A stretch of DNA of 64,000 nucleotides from Halodesulfurarchaeum sp. Lineage in GTDB: Archaea > Halobacteriota > Halobacteria > Halobacteriales > Halobacteriaceae. The stretch's first letter is position 1. Every line of letters begins with the position of its first letter. This document shows, in pieces, positions 9,191 to 17,978 of the stretch. The stretch lies in assembly GCA_034520565.1 (NCBI GenBank), contig JAXHNL010000002.1, positions 576,001 through 640,000 on the forward strand, read 5' to 3'. The position numbers and the translations under genes are program-made. The notes under the pieces are model-generated. The model saw only the letters and a program-made list of their open reading frames with translations, did no database searches and was not told where the DNA came from.

Positions 9191-10342
9191 ATGACAGCCG
9201 GCGACTTCGAATCCTACGGTGGTCGACACGTCCCCGAACCGCTCGAGGAACCACTCGCACGACTCGCGGCGGCCTACGACGAGATCAGCGAGGATCCGGA
9301 CTTTCAGGCGGAACTGGCCCGCCTGCGGGAGGAATTCGCCGGGCGCCCGACGCCGATCTACCACGCCGAGACGCTCAGCGAGGCGTACGGCGCGGAGATC
9401 TACCTCAAGCGCGAGGACTTGCTCCACGGCGGCGCCCACAAGATCAACAACGCCCTCGGCCAGGGCCTGCTCGCCGTCCGGGCCGGGAAGGATCGGCTCA
9501 TCGCCGAAACCGGTGCCGGCCAGCACGGCGTGGCGACGGCGATGGTCGGCGCGGCCCTCGACCTGGAGACGGAGATCTACATGGGCGAGACGGACGCCGA
9601 GCGCCAGCGGATGAACGTCTTCCGCATGCAACTGTTGGGTGCCGAAGTGAACGAGGTGACGCGCGGGGACGCCGGTCTCGCGGAGGCCGTCGACGCCGCC
9701 CTCGAGGACTTCGCGGGGAACATCGAGGACACCCACTACCTCGTCGGCAGCGCGGTCGGGCCCGACCCGTTTCCCCGGATGGTCCGGGACTTCCAGTCCG
9801 TCATCGGACGGGAGGCCCGCGAGCAGTTCCAGGACCGGGTCGGCACGCTGCCCGACGCCGCCGTGGCCTGCGTGGGCGGCGGCTCGAACGCGATCGGCCT
9901 CTTTCACGCCTTCCGCGAGGACGACGTTGCCTTCTACGGCGCGGAGGGTGGTGGCGAGGGCGCCGATTCGAACCGCCACGCAGCCCCGCTCACCGCGGGC
10001 GAGGACGGGACGCTCCACGGGATGGCGACCCGCGTGATCGACGAAGATACCGAGGTCCACTCCGTCTCGGCGGGGCTGGACTATCCCGGTGTCGGTCCCG
10101 AGCACGCCATGTTCCGGGCGATCGGCCGCGCCGACTATCGGGCGGTGACCGACGACGCGGCCCTCGAGGCCTTCCGCAGGCTCTCGGAGGCCGAAGGCAT
10201 CATCCCCGCTCTCGAGTCGAGCCACGCGATCGCGCTGGCCGCGGAGATCGCCGACGACCACGACACGATCCTGATCAACCTCTCGGGACGGGGCGACAAG
10301 GATATGGACATCGCCGCGGAGGCCTTCGACTTCGGGGAGTGA
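9191..10342 (+). CDS. trpB: Tryptophan synthase beta chain
   Basis: Motifs LKREDLLHGGAHKINN (PLP lysine), AETGAGQHG, CVGGGSNA and SAGLDYPGVGPEH. Confidence 0.95.
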   Translation: MTAGDFESYGGRHVPEPLEEPLARLAAAYDEISEDPDFQAELARLREEFAGRPTPIYHAETLSEAYGAEIYLKREDLLHGGAHKINNALGQGLLAVRAGKDRLIAETGAGQHGVATAMVGAALDLETEIYMGETDAERQRMNVFRMQLLGAEVNEVTRGDAGLAEAVDAALEDFAGNIEDTHYLVGSAVGPDPFPRMVRDFQSVIGREAREQFQDRVGTLPDAAVACVGGGSNAIGLFHAFREDDVAFYGAEGGGEGADSNRHAAPLTAGEDGTLHGMATRVIDEDTEVHSVSAGLDYPGVGPEHAMFRAIGRADYRAVTDDAALEAFRRLSEAEGIIPALESSHAIALAAEIADDHDTILINLSGRGDKDMDIAAEAFDFGE

Positions 10343-10421
10343 GCCGGTCGCTTATCGCGGATCATTCCCCGCCGGCCCGGCGGACAGAACGGTTATCCCG
10401 CCGCTGGCCGGAGTGGGACGT

Positions 10422-11513
10422 ATGTCAACGGGTGTGTTCTCCGAACTCTCGCTCCGGTCGGTCACCGCACGGAACCGACTCGCGATGTCCCCGATGTGCC
10501 AGTACTCTGCCGGCGAGGACGGCGTCGCGACCGACTGGCACCGGGTTCACTACGGCACGCGTGCGGTCGGCGGGGCCGGGATCGTCATCCAGGAGGCGAC
10601 GGCGGTCGAACCGCGGGGCCGGATCTCGCCCAACGACCTCGGGCTCTGGTCCGACGAGCAGGCAGCCGCCCTCGCGCCGATCGCCGCGTTCGTGGCGGAC
10701 CAGGGGGCGATCCCAGCCATCCAACTGGCCCACGCCGGCCGAAAGGCCTCCACCTCGCGGCCGTGGGAGGGCTCGACGCCGCTCCAGCCCGATGAGGGCG
10801 GGTGGACCGTCGTCGCGCCGAGCGAGAAACCCTACCCATACGAAGACGTGGACGCCCCGCCCACGGAGCGCCTCGATCCCGCCGACATCGAGGACATAAT
10901 CGAGGCGTTCGGGGAGGCGGCCGAACGGGCCGTCGACGCGGGGTTCGAGGCCGTCGAGATCCACGGCGCCCACGGGTATCTCATCCACGAGTTCCTCTCG
11001 CCGGTCGCAAACGAGCGGACCGACGCCTACGGCGGCGACTTCGCCGGCCGAACCCGCTTCGTCCGGGAGGTGTACGAGGCCGTGCGGAACGCCGTGGGCG
11101 AGGACGTGCCGGTATTCCTTCGGGTTTCGGGAACCGACTGGCTCCCGGACCGTCCTTCCTGGACGATCGAGGACACGGTACGGCTCGCGGGGGACCTCGC
11201 AAGCGAGGGCCTCGACCTGCTTGACGTGAGCAGCGCCGGCATTCACCCCGACCAGCAGATCTCGTATGCGGGGCCGAACTACCAACTCCCGCTGGCCGAG
11301 CGGGTGCGCGCGGAAACCGACCTCCCGGCGGTCGGAACGGTCGGCCAGATCAGGACGCCCGAGCAGGCAGAGGCCCTGGTTCGAAACGGCCGAGCAGACG
11401 TCGCCATCGTGGGCCGGAAACTGTTGAACGACCCGTATTTCCCGCTCCGGGCGGCCGAGTCGCTTTACGGGGCCGAACCGGAGGTTCCCGCCCAGTACCG
11501 ACGCGGGTTTTGA
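10422..11513 (+). CDS. NADH:flavin oxidoreductase, Old Yellow Enzyme family (YqjM/NamA-like)
   Basis: Motifs MSPMCQYSA, IQLAHAGRKAS and EIHGAHGYLIHEFLSP. Confidence 0.92.
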   Translation: MSTGVFSELSLRSVTARNRLAMSPMCQYSAGEDGVATDWHRVHYGTRAVGGAGIVIQEATAVEPRGRISPNDLGLWSDEQAAALAPIAAFVADQGAIPAIQLAHAGRKASTSRPWEGSTPLQPDEGGWTVVAPSEKPYPYEDVDAPPTERLDPADIEDIIEAFGEAAERAVDAGFEAVEIHGAHGYLIHEFLSPVANERTDAYGGDFAGRTRFVREVYEAVRNAVGEDVPVFLRVSGTDWLPDRPSWTIEDTVRLAGDLASEGLDLLDVSSAGIHPDQQISYAGPNYQLPLAERVRAETDLPAVGTVGQIRTPEQAEALVRNGRADVAIVGRKLLNDPYFPLRAAESLYGAEPEVPAQYRRGF

Positions 11514-11585
11514 GCGGGCAGATACCGGCGGGAATCGGTCACCAGGGAACGTTTATGGAGCCGCCACACGCGTGTACAAAGAAGC

Positions 11586-12581
11586 ATGCAGCAGTACCTC
11601 GACCTCGTCGAACGGGTGCTCCAGACGGGGACCTACGAGGAGAACCGGACGGGCGTCGACACGCTCGCGAGCTTCTCGGAACACTACACGGTGGACCTGA
11701 CGAAGGGGTTTCCGCTGCTCACGACCAAGGACCTCTCGGGCCCGCGGTGGAACTCCCTGATCCACGAACTGGTCTGGTATCTCTCCGGGGAGGAACACAT
11801 CCGCACCCTCCGCGAGGAGACCGGCATCTGGGACGCCTGGGCCGACGAGGCGGGCCACCTCGACACCGCCTATGGCCGCTTCTGGCGCCGGTATCCGGTG
11901 CCTGAAGGGGACGCCCGCCTCCCGGGGGAATCCTGGCCCGATCCCGACAGTCCCTACCTGAACGAGGAGGGGACCTTCGATCAGATCGCCTCCGTCCTGG
12001 ACGGACTTGAGAACAACCCCGAGAGCCGCCGGTTGGTCGTCAACGCCTGGCATCCCGCCAACGCCGCGGATTCGACGCTGCCGCCCTGTCACTACACCTT
12101 CGTCTTCTCCGTCCAGGACGGCCGCCTGCACACTCACCTCCAGCAGCGCTCCGGGGACATCGCGCTGGGAATCCCCTTCAACATCGCCTCGTATGCCCTC
12201 CTGACCCACGCTGTCGCCCAGGAGGTCGGCCTGCCGGTCGGCGAGTTCGGCCACAGCGTCGTCGACGCGCACATCTATCTCGGCAAAGGAGAGCGGGGCT
12301 CGTGGTACGAGGACGCACTGCCCGACCTCCGGGAGCGGATCGAACGGGTCGAAGAGCCAGCCGACTACGAGGCCGTGCGTGGGTGGATCGAGGACGCGGC
12401 CCCGGCGGATCCCGAGGGCTACGATCACGTGCCGAACCTGCTCACCCAGCTCACCCGTTCGCCCCGCGATCGCCCGACCATCGAGGTCGCCGACAAGTCG
12501 CTCGACGACCTCGAGCCCGACGACGTCACGCTCCGGGACTACGACCCGGCCCCGGCACTCGACTTCGCGGTTGCAGAATGA
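11586..12581 (+). CDS. thyA: Thymidylate synthase
   Basis: Motifs NRTGVDT, LPPCH and QRSGDIALGIPFNIASY. Confidence 0.95.
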   Translation: MQQYLDLVERVLQTGTYEENRTGVDTLASFSEHYTVDLTKGFPLLTTKDLSGPRWNSLIHELVWYLSGEEHIRTLREETGIWDAWADEAGHLDTAYGRFWRRYPVPEGDARLPGESWPDPDSPYLNEEGTFDQIASVLDGLENNPESRRLVVNAWHPANAADSTLPPCHYTFVFSVQDGRLHTHLQQRSGDIALGIPFNIASYALLTHAVAQEVGLPVGEFGHSVVDAHIYLGKGERGSWYEDALPDLRERIERVEEPADYEAVRGWIEDAAPADPEGYDHVPNLLTQLTRSPRDRPTIEVADKSLDDLEPDDVTLRDYDPAPALDFAVAE

Positions 12582-13066
12582 AGGTCGCCATCGTCGTCGC
12601 GATCGCGGAAAACGGCGTGATCGGGGACGCCGGCGGCATGCCATGGCACTATCCCGCCGATCTCGCCCGCTTCAAGGAACTCACCATGGGTCACCCGGTG
12701 ATCCTTGGCCGCCGGACCTACGAGTCGATCGTCGATCGGCTCGGGGAACCCCTTCCCGGCCGGCTGAACGTCGTGCTCTCCACCGGGGATCTCGACCTTC
12801 CCGAGGGAGCCGTCCAGGCCGAGAGCATCGACGAGGCCCTCGAACTCGCGAAGGAGACCGGCTCGGAAACGGCCTACGTCGTGGGCGGGGCGGTGGTCTA
12901 CGAGCAGTTCCTGCCCCAGGCCGATCGCCTTCACGTGACCGAGATTCCCGAATCGCCGAACGGAGACACCGAATTCCCCGACTGGGACCGTTCGGAGTGG
13001 GAACTCGAGGAGCAGTCAGAACGCGGGGAGTTGACCTTCCGCACGTACGAGCGGCGGGGTTCTTGA
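12578..13066 (+). CDS. folA: Dihydrofolate reductase
   Basis: AIAENGVIG...MPWHYPADLARFKELTMGHPVILGRRTYESI. ATGA overlap with thyA. Confidence 0.93.
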   Translation: MKVAIVVAIAENGVIGDAGGMPWHYPADLARFKELTMGHPVILGRRTYESIVDRLGEPLPGRLNVVLSTGDLDLPEGAVQAESIDEALELAKETGSETAYVVGGAVVYEQFLPQADRLHVTEIPESPNGDTEFPDWDRSEWELEEQSERGELTFRTYERRGS

Positions 13067-13132
13067 AATCGGGCGCCCTGTCCGGCTATTCTGGAACCGG
13101 ACGCCCTGTCCGACTATTCTGAAACCGGGCGG
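13065..13132. repeat. 28-bp-period direct repeat, about 2.4 copies
   Basis: CGCCCTGTCCG(G/A)CTATTCTG(G/A)AACCGG occurs at 13074 and 13102, between the convergent folA and ferredoxin genes. Confidence 0.8.
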
Positions 13133-13185
13133 CCGTGGCCGTCGCTTTCCGGCTACTACCGAAAAACCGCAGGTGGTCGGCCGAC

Positions 13186-13386
13186 TTACTCGGAGACGGT
13201 GATCGCGTCGACTGGGCAGGCCTCGGCTCCTTCCTTGGCCATGTCGACGTCCGCGCCGTCGACTTCTTCCATGCCCTCGACGACGTGTGCGAACCCGTCG
13301 TCCTGCATCTCGAAGATGTCCGGATGCATCGATGCACAAACTTGGTCGCCAATACAGAGGTCCTGATCGACTTCAACTGTCGCCAT
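13186..13386 (-). CDS. Monocluster [3Fe-4S]/[4Fe-4S] ferredoxin
   Basis: MATVEVDQDLCIGDQVCASMHPDIFEM...ACPVDAI. A TATA-like CTTATATAAG lies at 13421-13430. Confidence 0.9.
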   Translation of the reverse strand: MATVEVDQDLCIGDQVCASMHPDIFEMQDDGFAHVVEGMEEVDGADVDMAKEGAEACPVDAITVSE

Positions 13387-13697
13387 GATGGTAGTACCCA
13401 TCTTTCGGATTGTGACTCCCCTTATATAAGACGCCCTATCTCGTCGGCGCCATGTTTGTGAAAGGCATGCAACCGTTCGGGCGGCAATTGCCCCGCTACC
13501 GGCCCGCAAATCGCCGATCCGGGGTTCGCTGACGTGGAGGTGCTACCGGGTCCGGTTCGTCACCGACTCGCTCACGAACGACCCGGGTCAGCGACTCACT
13601 TTCCGTTCGACCTCGGGGCGCTGGCAAACACGAACGCACAAAACCGCCACATGTGAAGCCGATAGCAAAGCACAGCGAAATCGACCGAACGACGGCG

Positions 13698-13719
13698 ACC
13701 CCTTCGTTTCACCTCCAAC
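13698..13719 (-). promoter_or_regulatory. ORB-like element
   Basis: The reverse complement GTTGGAGGTGAAACGAAGGGGT has the GAAAC core plus a G-string. Confidence 0.55.
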
Positions 13720-13753
13720 CGATCGCCGATATCGGGAACGTGTCCGCCGCTGT

Positions 13754-13774
13754 CTCCAGTTGAAACGAAGGGGT
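13754..13774 (+). promoter_or_regulatory. ORB-like origin recognition box
   Basis: CTCCAGTTGAAACGAAGGGGT matches the archaeal ORB consensus (TCCAGTNGAAAC followed by a G-string). Confidence 0.7.
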
Positions 13775-13893
13775 ATTCGCCCGACGGTGGGTGGACCGAC
13801 CGCTGAAAAGTAGGTGCCGATAGTAGAGCCGGTCGATATTTCCCCGCAAGTCCCAGTGACAACGGTTTTGGCTCCCGTCTCTCCTAGGGGGCC

Positions 13894-15468
13894 ATGGACC
13901 CGAACGGCCGGCTCCAGGAGGCCAGACTCACGGAGCCGGCACTCGCCGTGCTCGTCTCCGGGGTCGCGAGCATGGGCCTGGAGATCCTCGCGGGTCGGAT
14001 GATCGCCCCGGAGTTCGGCAGTTCGATCTACACGTGGGGGAGCATCATCGGGGTCTTCCTCGCCGCGCTGAGTCTCGGGTACGTCAGAGGTGGGAGACGG
14101 GCCGCCCGGCACGCCGAGGTCTCCGCGCTCCAGACGCTCCTCCTCTGGACGACCGTCTACGTCGCCTTTCTCCTCTTTGCCGGGGAGTTCCTGATCCGAC
14201 AGAGCGGAACTTTGCCAATCCCGGCGCGGTACAGTTCGCTGGTGCCGGTCACGATCCTGTTCGGGCCGCCGACATATCTCCTCGGGTTCATCAGCCCCTA
14301 CGCCGCCGAACTCTCGACCGCCGAGAGCACGGGAGAGGCCTCCGGACGGGTGTACGCGCTGGGGACGATCGGGAGCATCGCGGGGGCCTTCGGAACCACC
14401 TACCTCCTGATCCCGTACTTCTCGATCGACCAGATCGGCCTGTTCTTCGGTGCGATCCTCCTCGTGACGGCTGCCCGACTGGCCTGGCCGGCCCCCTCAC
14501 GCCGGAACGCCCTCCGGATCGCGGTCGTCGGGATCCTCCTCGTCGGGGCGGTTCTGGCACCACCGTTCGGCGTCGCCTTCTCCGGAAACACGGTCTACGA
14601 GACCCAGACGGCCTACCAGGACCTCCGGGTCGCAGACCAGGACAGCGTCCGGACCCTCTACCTCGACGGGGTCTCCCACAGCGCGATGGACCTCGACGAG
14701 CCGAACCGGCACGTCTTCACGTACACGCGATACTTCCACCTCCCCCTCCTCTACACCGAGGACGTCGAGAACGTGCTGTTCGTGGGCGGGGGCGGGTTCA
14801 CCGGTCCGAAGATCTTCGCCGACCGATACGACGTGACCGTGGACGTCGTGGAGATCGATCCGGCGGTGGTCAGCGCCGCGCGCGAGTACTTCGGCCTCGA
14901 AACCGGGCCGAACCTCTCGGTCCACACGATGGACGGCCGGGCGTACCTCCGCGAGACCGACACCGCATACGACGTGATAATCCTCGACGCCTACCGCCGT
15001 GACACGGTCCCGTTCCACCTCACGACGACCGAGTTCTTCGACCTCGCCCGCGACCGCCTCGACGCCGACGGCGTGTTGCTCGCGAACGTCATTTCGGCCC
15101 CGAGCGGCCCCGGATCGGCCTTCTTCCGGGCCGAGTACCGGACGATGGAGGCCAGTTTTGCCTCGGTCTCGGCGTTCCGGACCGCCGAGTCGGGTGTCGT
15201 CCAGAACGTCGAACTCGTCGCGACCAAACAGTCCCGCACGCTCAGCCAGCAGGAACTCCGCGAGCGGGCGGCCACCCGGGAGATCGGGTACGAACTCGGG
15301 GACGCCATCGATCGCCGGATCGAGTCCGTGCGGATCGACGATGTCCCCGTTCTCCGGGATAACGACGCTCCCGTCGATTCGCTACTCGATCCGATGGTCG
15401 GACAACGTTACGTGGTCGAATCCGGGTCCCAGGGAGCCCCGACCAACAGTTCGACCGCTGACGCCTGA
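13894..15468 (+). CDS. Fused membrane / spermidine synthase-like SAM-dependent protein
   Basis: N-terminal TMs (GLEILAGR, FGSSIYTWG) and a C-terminal domain with VLFVGGGG, VEIDP, DGRAYL and IILDAY. Confidence 0.85.
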   Translation: MDPNGRLQEARLTEPALAVLVSGVASMGLEILAGRMIAPEFGSSIYTWGSIIGVFLAALSLGYVRGGRRAARHAEVSALQTLLLWTTVYVAFLLFAGEFLIRQSGTLPIPARYSSLVPVTILFGPPTYLLGFISPYAAELSTAESTGEASGRVYALGTIGSIAGAFGTTYLLIPYFSIDQIGLFFGAILLVTAARLAWPAPSRRNALRIAVVGILLVGAVLAPPFGVAFSGNTVYETQTAYQDLRVADQDSVRTLYLDGVSHSAMDLDEPNRHVFTYTRYFHLPLLYTEDVENVLFVGGGGFTGPKIFADRYDVTVDVVEIDPAVVSAAREYFGLETGPNLSVHTMDGRAYLRETDTAYDVIILDAYRRDTVPFHLTTTEFFDLARDRLDADGVLLANVISAPSGPGSAFFRAEYRTMEASFASVSAFRTAESGVVQNVELVATKQSRTLSQQELRERAATREIGYELGDAIDRRIESVRIDDVPVLRDNDAPVDSLLDPMVGQRYVVESGSQGAPTNSSTADA

Positions 15469-15568
15469 TCTGGCGGTCTGAATCGGTGGTGGCCACCGCC
15501 GGTTCGAGCGGCCGGCACCGCCGATCCGTCGGGGAGGATTTTTATTCACACCCACCTACCCACCTGCT

Positions 15569-16843
15569 ATGGACTCGCGCATATCCGGGTTTTACAAACT
15601 CCCGGTCGCAGAGCGACGGGAGACGATTGCGGAACTCGCCGACCTCTCCGAGGACGCCGTCGAGGCGATCGGTGGCACCGGCCTGACGGAGGAGCTGGCA
15701 GACACCGTCAGCGAGAACGTCATCGGCACCCTCGAGTACCCGATCTCGGTGGCGACGAACTTCACGATCGACGGCGAGGATCGCCTGATCCCGATGGCCA
15801 TCGAGGAGACCAGCGTCGTGGCCGCCGCCTCCTTCGCGGCCAAGATGGCCCGTGCCGGCGGCGGCTTCGAGACCGAGGTCGACGCCCCGCGCATGATCGC
15901 CCAGATCCAGGCCGTCGACGTTACCGACCCGCAGGCCGCACGCATGCGGATTCTGCAGGAGAAAGACCGCCTGATGGAGCTGGCCGACGAACAGGACCCG
16001 ACGCTGGTGAAGTTCGGCGGCGGCGCCGAGGACGTCGAGGTCCGGGTGATCGACACGCCGACCGGCCAGATGGTCGTGACCCACCTCATCGTCAACGTGC
16101 AGGACGCCATGGGCGGGAACGCCGTCAACACGATGGCCGAGGCGCTGGCCCCGGAGATCGAGGCCCTTGCCGGTGGCGACGTGGAGATGCGCATCCTCTC
16201 GAACCTGGCCGATCGTCGCCTCGCGCGGGCGACCTGTACGGTGCCGCCCGAGGAACTCGCCGACGAGGACAGCGAGTTCACGGGGGAGGAGGTCCGAAAT
16301 CGGATCGTCGACGCCTGGGCTTTCGCCATGGGCGACCCGTATCGTGCGGCGACTCACAACAAAGGGATCATGAACGGGATCGACGCGGTCACCACCGCGA
16401 CGTTCAACGACTGGCGGGCGATGGAGGCCGGCGCACACGCGTACGCGGCCCAGGACGGCTACGACTCGCTGACGAGCTACGAGGTCGACGCCGAGGGCAA
16501 CCTCGTCTGCACCATCGAAATCCCGGTTCAGATTGGGACTGTCGGCGGAGCGACGGGCCTTCAGCCGGTCGCGCAAGCGGCAATGGAGATCCTCGACGTG
16601 GACTCCGCCCCCGAGATGGCCGGCGTCCTCGCCTCGGTCGGGCTCGCACAGAACCTCGCCGCCCTTCGCGCGCTCGTGAGCGAGGGCATCCAGCAAGGTC
16701 ACATGCGCCTGCACGCCCAGAACCTCGCGATCCAGGCCGGAGCCGAGGGCGACCAGATCGACCGGGTCGCCGAACGGATGATCGAGGAAGACGCGATCGG
16801 CCAGGCCGAGGCCGAGGCGATCCTCGCGGAACTCGAGGGGTGA
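15569..16843 (+). CDS. mvaA: Hydroxymethylglutaryl-CoA reductase, class II
   Basis: Motifs ENVIG, MAIEETSVVAA, DAMGGN, DPYRAATHNKGIMNGIDAV and EGIQQGHMRLH. Confidence 0.92.
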   Translation: MDSRISGFYKLPVAERRETIAELADLSEDAVEAIGGTGLTEELADTVSENVIGTLEYPISVATNFTIDGEDRLIPMAIEETSVVAAASFAAKMARAGGGFETEVDAPRMIAQIQAVDVTDPQAARMRILQEKDRLMELADEQDPTLVKFGGGAEDVEVRVIDTPTGQMVVTHLIVNVQDAMGGNAVNTMAEALAPEIEALAGGDVEMRILSNLADRRLARATCTVPPEELADEDSEFTGEEVRNRIVDAWAFAMGDPYRAATHNKGIMNGIDAVTTATFNDWRAMEAGAHAYAAQDGYDSLTSYEVDAEGNLVCTIEIPVQIGTVGGATGLQPVAQAAMEILDVDSAPEMAGVLASVGLAQNLAALRALVSEGIQQGHMRLHAQNLAIQAGAEGDQIDRVAERMIEEDAIGQAEAEAILAELEG

Positions 16844-17057
16844 CCGGAACGGCTGCCACTCGCGCGGGACAGTATTTGAGAAAAGGTACAATACTGGGTC
16901 ACATTTGATTGTTATTCTCTCCCATAGAACGGTCGCTGAGTTCCCCGGTTTCCGGCTCCCAACGCCGAAAACCCCGGTTAGCGGCACCTGACTCCGCCAG
17001 CCGTCCTGACCCCAGCCCAACACATATTAATAGCTGGGGCAGTAGTGTTGAATCAAG

Positions 17058-17699
17058 ATGGCAATACTCTCCGACGAGAACCGCGACGACGTCAGGGACG
17101 TGTTCGAACAGATGGATCGGGAGATCACGGCGTACGTCTTCGTCGACGACGACTGTGAGTACTGTGACGAAACCGTCGAACTGAACGAGGAACTTGCCGA
17201 CCTCACCGACCTGTACACCGTCGAGGTCCACGACATGGACAGCGAGGTCGCCGAGGAGTGGGACGCCACCAAGTACGACAACGCGCCGGTCACCGTTCTG
17301 ACCGATGGCGAAATTCGGGGCGTTCGGTACTACGGCATTCCCTCGGGCCAGGAGTTCGGGGCGTACGTCCGGGACATCGTGGCCGTCTCCACGGGCGAGA
17401 GCGGCCTCGACGACGACATCAAGGCTGCTCTGGCCGAGATCGACGAGCCGGTCAACATCAAGGTCTTCGTGACCCTGACCTGCCCGCACTGCCCGCAGGC
17501 CGTCGAGACCGCCCACAAGTTCGCGATCGAGAACCCGAACATCACGAGCGAGATGGTCGAGTCCCAGGAGTTCATGGAACTCGCCCAGCAGTTCGGCGTG
17601 CGCGGGGTCCCGCAGGTCAACATCAACGACGAGGCCGGCCAGTTCACGGGCGCCCAGCCACCCCAGCAGTTCCTCGAGCAGGTCAAGGCCGCGCTGTAA
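17058..17699 (+). CDS. Protein disulfide oxidoreductase (two thioredoxin folds)
   Basis: CEYC and CPHC active sites, GIPSGQEF and GVP motifs. Confidence 0.88.
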   Translation: MAILSDENRDDVRDVFEQMDREITAYVFVDDDCEYCDETVELNEELADLTDLYTVEVHDMDSEVAEEWDATKYDNAPVTVLTDGEIRGVRYYGIPSGQEFGAYVRDIVAVSTGESGLDDDIKAALAEIDEPVNIKVFVTLTCPHCPQAVETAHKFAIENPNITSEMVESQEFMELAQQFGVRGVPQVNINDEAGQFTGAQPPQQFLEQVKAAL

Positions 17700-17723
17700 A
17701 CCGGCCCGTTTTTTCGGCCGGTT
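17699..17723 (+). terminator. Putative terminator hairpin with T-tract
   Basis: AACCGGCC...GGCCGGTT encloses a T6 run directly after the stop codon. Confidence 0.4.
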
Positions 17724-17780
17724 CCCCCCCCCATCAATACCGTCCCTCCACCAGACGAACGTCAGACGGACGCGGGCGCT

Positions 17781-17793
17781 GTTTCAAGTGGAA
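17781..17793 (-). promoter_or_regulatory. mini-ORB-like element
   Basis: Reverse complement TTCCACTTGAAAC. Confidence 0.55.
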
Positions 17794-17895
17794 TTGTCGA
17801 CGTATCGCCCGCTTCGCCGGCATTTCGGCCCAAGTATGCGGTTCAAAGGGTACTAAAGGGTGTCTCTAAAAACGCACGATTGCGTCGGGTCCGAA

Positions 17896-17916
17896 CCCCT
17901 TTGTTTCAACTGGAAC
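17896..17916 (-). promoter_or_regulatory. ORB-like origin recognition box
   Basis: Reverse complement GTTCCAGTTGAAACAAAGGGG, a near-perfect ORB with G-string. Confidence 0.75.
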
Positions 17917-17978
17917 ACCGCGATTGACAGGTTCGCGCCGCAGAAAACACGAGCCGGCGGCACGGCTTCGACTGGAAC

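Noticed and set aside
13065-13132. Possible mini CRISPR array
   Set aside because: The repeats are contiguous with no spacers and no adjacent cas genes.
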